Origin: an uncultured delta proteobacterium
GTDB taxonomy: Bacteria > Myxococcota_A > Polyangia > Polyangiales > Polyangiaceae
Reading direction: 5' to 3'
NCBI GenBank assembly: GCA_963806225.1
Contig: CAWDXG010000001.1
Span: 992,001-1,056,000 of the forward strand
Length of the DNA stretch: 64,000 nucleotides
The translations under genes were made by a program, and so were the position numbers. Numbering within the stretch: the first letter of the stretch is position 1; each line of letters begins with the position of its first letter. This document shows, piece by piece, positions 9,162 to 19,805 of the stretch. The notes under the pieces are model-generated. The model did not search any database and was not told the origin of the DNA. It worked only from the letters and a program-made list of their open reading frames with translations.

Positions 9162-10600
9162 TGGGCCGGCGCGCCGCCGTTGGGGGGATTGGCGCCCTCG
9201 GTCTGGCGTTCGCGATCTGGTCGGGCTGTCACGGCAGCTCGACCGGTAGCGCGGCCGGGGCAGCGGGCGGCACGGCGGGACAGCCGGTAGACGGCGAGGC
9301 CGGAGCGATGCCCGATGCGGGCGCGAGCGGCACAAGCGGCGACGCGACCACCGACGCTGGTCCGCCGTATCCAGGCGCGCAGGCGTGCCCGTGGCCGGGG
9401 TGGTACGCTTCACCTGCCTTGCCCAAGGGTTGCTTTTCCGCCTGCATTCCAGACGACGTGACGGCGCGCGTACCAGCGCTGAAGTGGATCGACCGCAGCG
9501 ACTGGTGTCCGGGCTGCCAGTGGCTGGAGCCGAGCTGGTGGCCGGGCGCGACGCCTCAGAGCGCGTCGGCCACTTCGTCGGTTGTCGACGGGTTCGGGTC
9601 CGGACCGGACCTGGTGGAGCTGGGGCTGCGCAATCCAGACAAGAGCGTCACGGTGGCGATGTACGACAGCTCGGGAAACCCGGTTGCGGGTGTCCGCACC
9701 CAGTACACCTCTTGCACCACGTTCGTAGCCACCATGATCGGTGAGGACGGCACGACGGCCATGCGCTACCAGAGTCTGTCCTCCAACCAGCGCTGGATGC
9801 TTCGCCCGCCGGATCGCGCAGGCGAGCTGATGCTCGCGACAAAGCCCACGTTCGCATACAGCGACGCTTTCGTCGGCCAGCAGACGCCCAACCGGAGCTC
9901 TGTTACCAAGGACTGGATCGTCGACGCGTTCGGCGGCAACTTCATGTCGCTGGTGGACGTGAAGGCCGGCACGGCGCAGAAGATGGCGGACCTGCCCGGC
10001 GCGCCCCCCGGCGAATACGACTCCGCGGTCATTTCGGGCAGTGCCGTGTTCGTCCAGGCGTTCACCGACAAGTCCAGCTGGTTCGTGGTGCAGAACGGCA
10101 CGGCCAAGCCCTTCCTGGGCAGCGCGAGCGTGGATATCGAGCGGCTCGTCACCGACGGCAAGTGGATCATCTAGAGCGAGGGCACCCAGCTCGTCCCCGA
10201 TCCCGTCGATCCCACCCGGATGGTGGCCCAGCGCCACGACCTGTACCGGGCGCCGTTCACCGCAGACGCGTCGAAGCTCCAGCGGCAGCTCCTCTTGCCC
10301 GACACTCCTCTACTGTATGGGTCTCCGACGCTCGCCAACGGCGTCTTCACCGCCATTTTCTACACGGATCAGGACTCGAGCGCCGCGGTACACAGCGACG
10401 CGCTGGTCGTGAAGGTGGACACTGGTCGGGCGTGGAAGAGCGACTTGCCGCAGGACTACGTGTGGGGCGATCGGAACTACCCGACCGCGACCAAGCTCTG
10501 GGGGCCGATTGCGCCCCACGTCGTCGCTTCCGACAAGGCGTACACCATCGCCCGCGTGCCGTATGCGGATATGACCCAGATCCAGGCGGCGCTGCCATGA
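9161..10600 (+). pseudogene. Lipoprotein (beta-propeller-like) interrupted by an in-frame TAG at 10172-10174
   Basis: Signal peptide with lipobox (LAFAIWSG-C). ORFs 9152..10174 and 10220..10600 are in the same frame: TDGKWII*SEGTQLVPDP. The start overlaps the previous stop (TGATG) and the stop overlaps the next start (ATGA). Confidence 0.7.
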
Positions 10601-11610
10601 AGGCGTTCCTCGGGGCTGCGGCTCTAGCGGCTCTTGTTCTTGCCGTGCCGGCCTGCGGCGGGGAGCCCGGCTCGGAGAACCACTTCTACTTCGCCGACCA
10701 GACCGGCATCGGCTATGACGCTCGCGCCAACATTCTGCCGATCGCAGCGGGCGCCACTATCGAGATCAAGGTGCAGGACTTCCGGCAGAAGGCTCCGACA
10801 CAGCTCACCTTTGTGTCGTCGAGCGATCCCGCTGTGCTGGCCGTGGAGGTCTTCCAGAACGACCTGTTGTGGCTGCAGGCCAAAAAGACCGGAACCGCGC
10901 GCATCACCGCGAAGACCGCGACGAACAAGGATTCCATCGAGCTCCACGTCCACGCGATCGCTTCAAGCGAGCTCTACGTGCCCGAGGACATCAGCGGCGG
11001 CCTGGCCATGGTACCCGGAGCGGACGTGAGGTTCCGTCTGCTCCACTTCGATGCTTCCGGCACGGAGCTGACGGGCTTCGGCGCCGTTCCGGTCAGCGCG
11101 ACGCCGGGCAACGCGGTGGTGCCGGAGCACGATTCCAACGTCTTCCATCTGGTTGCGCCATCTTCGAGCGGCACCAGCATCGATCTGCATGCGGGCAAGC
11201 TGCACTACAGCATCCCGGTCGTGGATCCGGCGAGCGTGGCGTCGATCGGCCTGGTCAGACCGCTGTGTCAGGGTGACCCTGCACATCATGACACTGTGCT
11301 GCCCAAGAGCCTACAGGTCGAGTTCCCTGGCCAACCCATCGCGGCGGTCTACAGGGTTGCCGCGCATCTCGCGGGCGGCGGGTACGTTTTTGGCTCCTGT
11401 TCCGATCTCGCACTCCAGCCCGACGCCAAGGCGACCGACCTCTTGAGCCTCTACAGTGACGGTGTCCCGTGCTCCGGAGCGTCGGCGCTGGGAGGGCCTT
11501 CCCGGCAGCTAGTGGTCGAGTTCAAGAAACCCGGTACCGGCGCTTTCACCGTGACGTGCTTCGGCAGGACGGCAACCTACACCGCGACGATCCAGCCTTC
11601 CCAGCCGTGA
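10597..11610 (+). CDS. Lipoprotein with Ig-like (Big_2-like) segments
   Basis: MKAFLGAAALAALVLAVPA-C lipobox; SSSDPAVLAV...AKKTGTARIT resembles a bacterial Ig-like repeat; ATGA-coupled to the upstream gene. Confidence 0.7.
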   Translation: MKAFLGAAALAALVLAVPACGGEPGSENHFYFADQTGIGYDARANILPIAAGATIEIKVQDFRQKAPTQLTFVSSSDPAVLAVEVFQNDLLWLQAKKTGTARITAKTATNKDSIELHVHAIASSELYVPEDISGGLAMVPGADVRFRLLHFDASGTELTGFGAVPVSATPGNAVVPEHDSNVFHLVAPSSSGTSIDLHAGKLHYSIPVVDPASVASIGLVRPLCQGDPAHHDTVLPKSLQVEFPGQPIAAVYRVAAHLAGGGYVFGSCSDLALQPDAKATDLLSLYSDGVPCSGASALGGPSRQLVVEFKKPGTGAFTVTCFGRTATYTATIQPSQP

Positions 11611-11710
11611 GCGGCATTGCCGTGCGGTTGCCGATACTGTCGTACGCTCGAACAACGGACGGCCGATGAGCGCGACTGGCTGCTTTCCGCCGCCGCACGA
11701 ATCGAGTTGA

Positions 11711-13388
<1,678 letters not shown>

Positions 13389-13390
13389 CC

Positions 13391-13819
13391 TCAGGCCGGG
13401 ATATCCTGGCCGGGCGACAAGCCACGGAGCAGCTCGCCGAGCAGGCGGCACACATCCGTGGTCGTGAGGATCCCCGCGAGGCGGTCGTGGCGCACGATGA
13501 CCGCCGAATCCACCTGGCGTGCGGACATATCCAGCACCACGTCTGCCAGCGGATCGGTGATCTCGGCCACGTAGGGGTTCCGGCTGCACACGCTGCCGGC
13601 CGTGATGCTCAGCTCGGCGAGCGTCTCGTCGCTCACGTTCCGGGCGACCCAGATGTCGCGTTCCGAGAGCAGTCCGATCAGCTTGTGGTTCTCGGTGACC
13701 GGCAGATGCCGGATTCCATGCTGATCCATCATCGCACGGGCCGTGCGGATATCCGCGTTGACCTCGATCGAATGCGGGAAGGGTGTCATCACACTCTTCA
13801 AAGTGGGTACGGGCTGCAT
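13391..13819 (-). CDS. CBS-pair protein
   Basis: LKSVMT..IRHLPV..LIGLLSERDI..LAGILTTTDV; GGAGGAG RBS. Confidence 0.9.
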   Translation of the reverse strand: MQPVPTLKSVMTPFPHSIEVNADIRTARAMMDQHGIRHLPVTENHKLIGLLSERDIWVARNVSDETLAELSITAGSVCSRNPYVAEITDPLADVVLDMSARQVDSAVIVRHDRLAGILTTTDVCRLLGELLRGLSPGQDIPA

Positions 13820-13882
13820 CGCTCCTCCTGGCCATCGCGCCCCGGGACCCCGACCCCAGCGCCGGAGCCCCATTTTTCCGGG

Positions 13883-13898
13883 AGCACCTCGCGTGCCA
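13883..13898 (-). promoter_or_regulatory. Putative sigma54 -24/-12 promoter
   Basis: Minus strand TGGCACG-CGAG-GTGCT, about 65 nt upstream of the CBS gene start. Confidence 0.7.
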
Positions 13899-13980
13899 GT
13901 CCATGTCGTTCGACGATTTTCCTGCACCGTTGCAAATCGAGGTCGCGATCCGCGCGCCGTTTGCATTGACGCCCGACAAT

Positions 13981-13999
13981 TTGCGCAGCGCCTGCGCAA
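13981..13999. promoter_or_regulatory. Perfect inverted repeat, candidate enhancer (UAS) for the sigma54 promoter
   Basis: TTGCGCAG-CGC-CTGCGCAA, about 85-100 nt upstream of the -24 box. Confidence 0.4.
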
Positions 14000-14045
14000 G
14001 CGGCCCGAAAACCTCGCGCGAACGCGTCGGCGCGGGCGTCGCAGG

Positions 14046-14573
14046 TCAGGGTTTCGCGGGCGGGACCAGCTCGTCGAAGCTGTGGACCATGTCGAGGATC
14101 TTCTGGCGCTGGCCAGCTAGATCCTCGGTCGCCACCAGTTTGAAGCTCTGGACCTTCTGCTGGAGCTTCGAGAGGTCGCTGCCTGCCGCGGGCTGGCTCT
14201 CGCCGAGCAGCTTGGCGGCCGCGCGCATGTGCTGGTCGGCGATGCCGAAATTGCGCTGATCCATGGCGAGGAGCGCCAGGTGCAGCCGGCGTCGTGCTTC
14301 CAGCTGATCGACGAGCGACTTTTCCGAGTCGAGCTGGCCCTTGGTCTGCTTCTGGCTCTTGTCGATCTGTTCGACCTGATGCTTCGCTTCGGTGACGTGC
14401 GATGCCGTCTGCACGCGCCCCACCGTGTACGCCACGGCTAGAGCCAGCACTCCGAGCGCGCCCAGGATCAAGACGCGCTGCGCCTTCTTCTTTGCGGGCG
14501 AGGGAGGCGGTTTGGGTGCCGCGGCGGGAGCGCCCGCCGGACCGCCTGGGGGAGGAGGAGGCTTCATGGCCAT
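14046..14573 (-). CDS. Hypothetical membrane-anchored coiled-coil protein
   Basis: Pro-rich N-terminus, single TM (VLILGALGVLALAVAY), then heptad-rich helical region. Confidence 0.75.
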   Translation of the reverse strand: MAMKPPPPPGGPAGAPAAAPKPPPSPAKKKAQRVLILGALGVLALAVAYTVGRVQTASHVTEAKHQVEQIDKSQKQTKGQLDSEKSLVDQLEARRRLHLALLAMDQRNFGIADQHMRAAAKLLGESQPAAGSDLSKLQQKVQSFKLVATEDLAGQRQKILDMVHSFDELVPPAKP

Positions 14574-14671
14574 GGTCGCGCGATCTGTCGCAAAGGCTGA
14601 GCGGCGATGCAAGCCGCATCGGCGCCGGTCGGGTCAGGAACTTGACCCAGGTCACGAAAGGAACCAAATAA

Positions 14672-15907
14672 ATGGTCGTGATAATCGCAGATCCGTCCGG
14701 CGCGTGGCACGCCCCCACAGCCGGTCGAGATGCGCCGAAGGCCGCGAGCGAGCGCATCAACGCGGCGCTCGATTCAACGCTCTCCCGCAGCTGGCCTTTC
14801 TCGCACAACCGCGCGAATCTCGTTCTCGACGCGGGTGCGGAGGGTCGCTGGACGCTACAGGCCCGCGGCCGCCGGGTTTTCGTCCATCGCGGCGCCAGCG
14901 GGCGCCCGTCGGCGGTCGTGGAGGCCGACGCCAGCACCCTCGCGGAGCTTCTGGAAGGGCGCCGCTCGGGGACCGAGCTTTGGCTCTCCGGCGCGCTCCG
15001 GGTGCGCGGCAGCATCGCCCTGGCCCTGCAGCTCGAGGGTCTGATCCAGAGCCCAGCACGGCAGCTCCACTTCCCGCGGCCGCGCCGCCTCACTGCCTAC
15101 GGCATCGACACGTTCTTCCTCGAGGCCGGGCAGGGGCCGCCGGTGGTTCTGCTCCACGGCCTGGGCGCGACCAACGCTTCGATGCTGCCGACGATGCACG
15201 ATCTGGCGGTGGACCATCGCGTGATCGCACCGGATCTGCCGGGCTTCGGCGACTCGGCAAAGCCGGTGCGCGCGTACCATGCGCGCTTCTTCGCGCGCTG
15301 GCTGGTGTCGTTGCTCGACGAGCTGGGCATAGAACGCGCGCACCTGATCGGCAATTCGATGGGCGGTCGCATCGCGATCGAGGTGGCACTCTCGAACCCC
15401 GAGCGTGTCGAGCGGCTGGCGCTGTTCGCGCCGGCGGTGGCGTTCCGCAGGCTCCGGCAGCTCGTGCCGCTGGTCCGCGTGTTGCGCCCGGAGCTGGCCG
15501 CCATGCCGATGGCCATTCCCCGCTCGACCGTGATCGGCATGCTCGAGCAGATGTTCTCCAGAGGCGACCGTCTGCAGCAGGCCTGGTACCACGCCGCCAC
15601 CGACGAGTTCCTCCGCGTGTTCTCCTCGCGGCGCGGGCGCATCGCGTTTTTCTCCGCTGCGCGCGAGATCTACCTGGATCACCCGTTCGGGGAACGCGGT
15701 TTCTGGAGCCGTCTGCGTGGGCTTTCGCGGCCTGCACTATTCATCTGGGGCGACCGCGATCAGCTCGTGCCCGCGCGCTTTGCACGCCACGTGGAGGCAG
15801 GCGTTCCGGCAGCTCATTCGGTGGTCCTTCCGGATTGTGGTCACGTGCCGCAGTTCGAGCATCCCGACATCACGCACCGGCTGGTGCGTGACTTCTTCGG
15901 CGCCTGA
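14672..15907 (+). CDS. SCP2 (sterol carrier) domain fused to an alpha/beta hydrolase
   Basis: N-terminal ADASTLAELLEG..ELWLSGALRVRGSIALALQL (SCP2). C-terminal LLHGLG, DLPGFGDS, GNSMGG nucleophile elbow, WGDRD, CGHVPQFEHP. Confidence 0.88.
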   Translation: MVVIIADPSGAWHAPTAGRDAPKAASERINAALDSTLSRSWPFSHNRANLVLDAGAEGRWTLQARGRRVFVHRGASGRPSAVVEADASTLAELLEGRRSGTELWLSGALRVRGSIALALQLEGLIQSPARQLHFPRPRRLTAYGIDTFFLEAGQGPPVVLLHGLGATNASMLPTMHDLAVDHRVIAPDLPGFGDSAKPVRAYHARFFARWLVSLLDELGIERAHLIGNSMGGRIAIEVALSNPERVERLALFAPAVAFRRLRQLVPLVRVLRPELAAMPMAIPRSTVIGMLEQMFSRGDRLQQAWYHAATDEFLRVFSSRRGRIAFFSAAREIYLDHPFGERGFWSRLRGLSRPALFIWGDRDQLVPARFARHVEAGVPAAHSVVLPDCGHVPQFEHPDITHRLVRDFFGA

Positions 15908-15955
15908 AGCGCAGCTTTTGCCGAGGGTTTCGCCCGGAGCTCCGGTTCGAAGGGC

Positions 15956-15971
15956 TGGCGCGCCGCTTGCA
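15956..15971 (+). promoter_or_regulatory. Putative sigma54 -24/-12 promoter
   Basis: TGGCGCG-CCGC-TTGCA, 45 nt upstream of the WS/DGAT start. Confidence 0.7.
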
Positions 15972-16016
15972 CGCCCTTGTCGAGAGCGCGCCTTCGTGCG
16001 CGCCGGGGGGAAAGTC

Positions 16017-17300
16017 ATGCCGCATCGACACGCCTACCGCGAGCCCGTCGCCCACGTCGACGCCGCCTGGCTGCGCATGGACACGCCGACGAACCTGATG
16101 CAGATAACCTCGCTCCTGGTGTTCGACGGCCGGCTCGACCCCGCCGCGCTCGAGCAGCTGATAGAAAAGCGGTTGCTGCCGCACGAACGCTTCCGCCAGC
16201 GCATCGTCGAGCACCGGCTCGGCGTACCCGAGTGGGAGCTCGATCCGCATTTCGATTTGCACCGGCATCTGCATCGCGTCGCGCTGCCTCGGCCGGGTGA
16301 TGACCGGGCCTTGGCCGATCTGCTGGGCGACCTGATGAGCACGCCGCTCGACCACGCGAGGCCGCTGTGGCAACTGCACCTGGTCGAAGGCTTCGGGTCC
16401 GGCAGCGCGTTGATCGCGAGGCTGCATCACTGCATCGGCGACGGCGTGGCGCTGCTCGGCTTGATGCTCGGACTTACGGAGGAGGGGGAGGGCGTGTCCC
16501 TGCAGGAAGTCGGCCTGATGCCGTCCAAGCCGGCCCGGGTCGTCGACGCCGCCAGACAGGTCGCCTCGCAGGCGCTCACGCTCGGGCGCTTGTTGATCCT
16601 ACCCTCGGATTCCCCCTCGCTGCTCAAGGGCGCGCTCGGCGTGCAGAAGCGCGCGGCCTGGTCGGGCCCCGTGCCCGTGGTCACCGTCAAGAGCATCGCC
16701 ACCGCACTCGGTGCAAAGGTCAACGACGTACTCGTGGCCAGTGTCACCGGCGCGCTCAGGGCCTACATGGAAGCGCGTGGCGGCTACCGCGACGAGCTCA
16801 CGATGCGCGCCATGGTTCCGGTGTTCCTGCGCAACGTCGGAGGCGATCACGAGCTCGGAAACCACTTCGGGCTCGTGTTCCTGGATCTGCCGCTTCGCGA
16901 GCCCGACCCGCTCGAGCGCGTGCGCCTCGTGAAGTTGCGGATGGATGTGATCAAGGCGGCGCCGGATGCGATGGTGTCGCTCGGTGTGCTCGATGCGATG
17001 GGTGTCGCCAGCACCGAGATCGAGCGCATCGGAGTCGACCTGTTCACGCGCAAGGCGAGCGTCATGATCACGAACGTCCCCGGGCCGCCGGCCGAGCTGC
17101 ACCTCGCCGACCATGCTCTCAGGAACATCATGGTGTGGGCGCCCGTGTCGGGGCACATCGGGCTGGGCATCAGCCTGCTCAGCTACAACGGCGAGGTGCG
17201 CATGGGCGTTGCCGCGGATACCCGGCGTGTACCCGACCCCGAGGCGCTGGTCGCCGCCTTCGAGCGGGACATCGAGCTCCTCCACGCGCGGACCTCGTAG
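16017..17300 (+). CDS. Wax ester synthase / diacylglycerol acyltransferase (WS/DGAT)
   Basis: DAAWLRMDTPTNLM, PLDHARPLWQLHLVEG, catalytic HHCIGDG, KVNDV, GNHFG, TNVPGP. Confidence 0.95.
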   Translation: MPHRHAYREPVAHVDAAWLRMDTPTNLMQITSLLVFDGRLDPAALEQLIEKRLLPHERFRQRIVEHRLGVPEWELDPHFDLHRHLHRVALPRPGDDRALADLLGDLMSTPLDHARPLWQLHLVEGFGSGSALIARLHHCIGDGVALLGLMLGLTEEGEGVSLQEVGLMPSKPARVVDAARQVASQALTLGRLLILPSDSPSLLKGALGVQKRAAWSGPVPVVTVKSIATALGAKVNDVLVASVTGALRAYMEARGGYRDELTMRAMVPVFLRNVGGDHELGNHFGLVFLDLPLREPDPLERVRLVKLRMDVIKAAPDAMVSLGVLDAMGVASTEIERIGVDLFTRKASVMITNVPGPPAELHLADHALRNIMVWAPVSGHIGLGISLLSYNGEVRMGVAADTRRVPDPEALVAAFERDIELLHARTS

Positions 17301-17303
17301 GCG

Positions 17304-18839
17304 CTAGGCCATGCCGAGCGTCAGATAGGGCAGCGCGTGGCGTGACCAGTCGATGCGCGGGCGGTGGTGCGAGAAGAGTCCGCCGAGCACGCCGAGCACG
17401 CGCGCGATCATCACGAACTCGGCCGGGATTCCGATGACTGGATCGGTGCGGCTGGCCTCGAGCAGGCCGCTGGCTTCGCCCAGGAGCTCGTCGCGCGTGG
17501 GCCAGCTGAAGGCCGCGCCACGGGCGATACCGTCGCGGATGCGCCCCAGCATCGCCTCCGCAAATGCATGCAGCGTGTCGGGCCGTCCGCTCTGCGTCCG
17601 GAACCCCAGCTTCTCGAACAGCTCCGCCATGGCGTGATGATCGCCGGTCAGGATGGCCTGGACCAATGTGCTGAATCCTGCGCGCACGGCGTCATCGAGG
17701 GTCTTCGTACAGCCGAAGTCGAGCAGCACCAGCGTGTGGTCGTCCGTGACCAGGAAGTTGCCGGGATGCGGATCGGCCTGGAATTCCCCGACCACCAGGA
17801 TCTGGTGCAGGTAGCTCTGGAGCAGGCGTCCCATCAGATCGCCCAGCGCCGCCTCGTCATCTGTCGACAGCTCCTCCAGTACCGCACTGATCTTCCGCCC
17901 GTGGACGTAGGGCGTGGTCAGTACGCGGTCGCCGCACAGCCCTTCGACCGGACGCGGCACCCGCACGCCCGGGAGCTCCGCGAGCTGGTCGGCCATGCGC
18001 GCCATGGCGCGGGCTTCGGCGCCGTAGTCGAGCTCGCCGCGCACCATCTCGCGCACCTCGCGTACGATCGTCGGGTAGTCGCCGGGCGGCAGGGTCGAGC
18101 GCATCGCCTCGATGAACGCGCCGAGGATCGCCATGTCCAGATCCACCAGATCCTCGACGCCGGGGCGTTGCACCTTGACGGCCAGCTCGCTGCCGTCGCG
18201 ACCGATGGCGCGGTGCACCTGCCCGATGCTGGCGGCCGCGACGGGCTCCTCGTCGAAGCTCTCGAACAGCTCGTCGAGCGGCGCGCCGAGATCGCGTTCG
18301 ATGAGCGCGCGTACCTCCTCGAAGGGCGCGGCGGGCGCGGCGTCCTGCAGTCCGGACAGCTCGTCGATCCACGCGCGGGGCAACAGGTCGGGGCGCGCGG
18401 AGAGGATCTGCCCGATCTTCAGGAATGCGCCGCCTTGCGCCACGCTCGTTTCGTAGAAGCGCCTTGCGTTCTTCGCGTGCAGGGAGGCGAGGCTACGCTC
18501 GGCGCGCGCGCGGCTCATGAACGCCGAGCGGATCGCGTACCAGCGATAGCCCGCGGTGACGCGTGTGAGCATCCACCCGGTGCCGGCGAGGCGGGCCTGG
18601 CGGTCGTGCCAGCGCCGCGTCGCGCCGGGCACGCTGCGCGCGCGGTCCAGCAGGCTGCCGACCTCGCGCTCCGCTGCGGAGTACGATTCGAGCGCCTCGT
18701 CCGCCACGCCGCGCAGCCGCCAGGCGGTCCGCTCGAGCCCCGTGAGCAGCTCGTCGAGCAGCGAGAGCCAGACCCGGAGCTCGGAATCGGGGCGGGCCGG
18801 GGGCTGGGACGCGTCGAAATAGGCGGTGTCGAGGGTCAT
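17304..18839 (-). CDS. ABC1/UbiB/AarF-family atypical kinase
   Basis: FLKIGQILSARPDLLP, LQD, AAASIGQVHRA, AVKVQRP, ELDY, ADPHPGNF, LLDFG; AGGTGA RBS. Confidence 0.95.
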   Translation of the reverse strand: MTLDTAYFDASQPPARPDSELRVWLSLLDELLTGLERTAWRLRGVADEALESYSAAEREVGSLLDRARSVPGATRRWHDRQARLAGTGWMLTRVTAGYRWYAIRSAFMSRARAERSLASLHAKNARRFYETSVAQGGAFLKIGQILSARPDLLPRAWIDELSGLQDAAPAAPFEEVRALIERDLGAPLDELFESFDEEPVAAASIGQVHRAIGRDGSELAVKVQRPGVEDLVDLDMAILGAFIEAMRSTLPPGDYPTIVREVREMVRGELDYGAEARAMARMADQLAELPGVRVPRPVEGLCGDRVLTTPYVHGRKISAVLEELSTDDEAALGDLMGRLLQSYLHQILVVGEFQADPHPGNFLVTDDHTLVLLDFGCTKTLDDAVRAGFSTLVQAILTGDHHAMAELFEKLGFRTQSGRPDTLHAFAEAMLGRIRDGIARGAAFSWPTRDELLGEASGLLEASRTDPVIGIPAEFVMIARVLGVLGGLFSHHRPRIDWSRHALPYLTLGMA

Positions 18840-18872
18840 ATTGATCACCTTTTAGTGAGACGCATTTAACAG

Positions 18873-18890
18873 TGACAGTCATAGGTGTCA
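18873..18890. promoter_or_regulatory. Palindromic operator candidate in an AT-rich promoter region
   Basis: TGACA-GTCATAGG-TGTCA, 34 nt upstream of the ABC1 kinase start, inside the AT-rich tract 18838-18895. Confidence 0.55.
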
Positions 18891-19019
18891 ATATGTGCCG
18901 GATTCACGCTGCGTGCCGCGGGCGCAACGCCAGCGTTGTCGGGCTGGCACACGACGGCGGACTTCGCGCCTGATTCCGGGCGCTTGGCGTTCGGCCTGCC
19001 ACTTGCACCGGGGGTCGAC

Positions 19020-19769
19020 ATGCTTCGTACCTTCCTCGTTGCTGGCGCCGGGTCGCTTCTGTTCGTGTCGCTGCCGGCGCGGGCCGCCGACGCGTTGCCG
19101 CCGCCTCCGCCACCTCCACCCGGCTACGACCAGCCCGCTCCGCCCTGGGCCGAACCCTCTGCCAGGCCGAAGCCGGCGCGCCCTCGCGAGCGCGCGCCGG
19201 CTCCGCCGCGCGAAAAGCCTCGGCCAGAGCCGTCTTCCGGGTCGCGGCGCCCGAGCCGTCCGGAAGCGTTCCGCGACAAGGTCCTCGTCCACATCCACAG
19301 CGACCAGCCGACGGCGCACTACCAGCTGGTCGACCCGGATTTCCCGGATCCGGTGGCGAGCTGCACCGGAAGCTGCACCATGCATGTCCTGCCGGGACAC
19401 TACCGATTGCACGTATCGCCAACGAGCAGCACGAGAGGCGGCACGACCAGCGTGCGGATCGAGCACGGCTCGCGCCTGGACGTCTCGCCACGCGGCTACG
19501 CCTCGCGCTGGGTCGGCCTCGGCACTGCCATCGCTGGAATGGGGACCATGGTGTCGGCCGTCGCCGTGATGGTCAAAGGCGGCGACAACAGTCTCCTGAT
19601 CGGGACCGCCTTGTTCATGACCGGCGCAGCGATGACACCGATCGGCTGGGTCGTCTTCGGCAAGAGCTTCCATCCCTCGGTGCGCGTCCTTGCCGCGCGT
19701 CAGGACGACGCCGCGTCGGTCCGGCTCGGCCTCGGCCCGGGCGGTCTGTCGTTCAGCGCGCGCTTCTGA
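19020..19769 (+). CDS. Hypothetical exported protein (Pro-rich linker, PEGA-like segment, C-terminal hydrophobic hairpin)
   Basis: Signal peptide ending PARAAD, poly-Pro tract, CTGSCTMHVLPGHYRL, two hydrophobic helices, terminal Phe. Confidence 0.65.
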   Translation: MLRTFLVAGAGSLLFVSLPARAADALPPPPPPPPGYDQPAPPWAEPSARPKPARPRERAPAPPREKPRPEPSSGSRRPSRPEAFRDKVLVHIHSDQPTAHYQLVDPDFPDPVASCTGSCTMHVLPGHYRLHVSPTSSTRGGTTSVRIEHGSRLDVSPRGYASRWVGLGTAIAGMGTMVSAVAVMVKGGDNSLLIGTALFMTGAAMTPIGWVVFGKSFHPSVRVLAARQDDAASVRLGLGPGGLSFSARF

Positions 19770-19805
19770 AAACGTAGCAAAATGTCGCAAAAGCGCGGCA
19801 ATTTG

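Noticed and set aside
10172..10174. Pyrrolysine or amber recoding at the in-frame TAG
   Set aside because: Many genes here end normally in TAG (e.g. GH57, pgi, fabH), no pyl genes are in the window, and TAG is one transition away from a plausible Trp codon.
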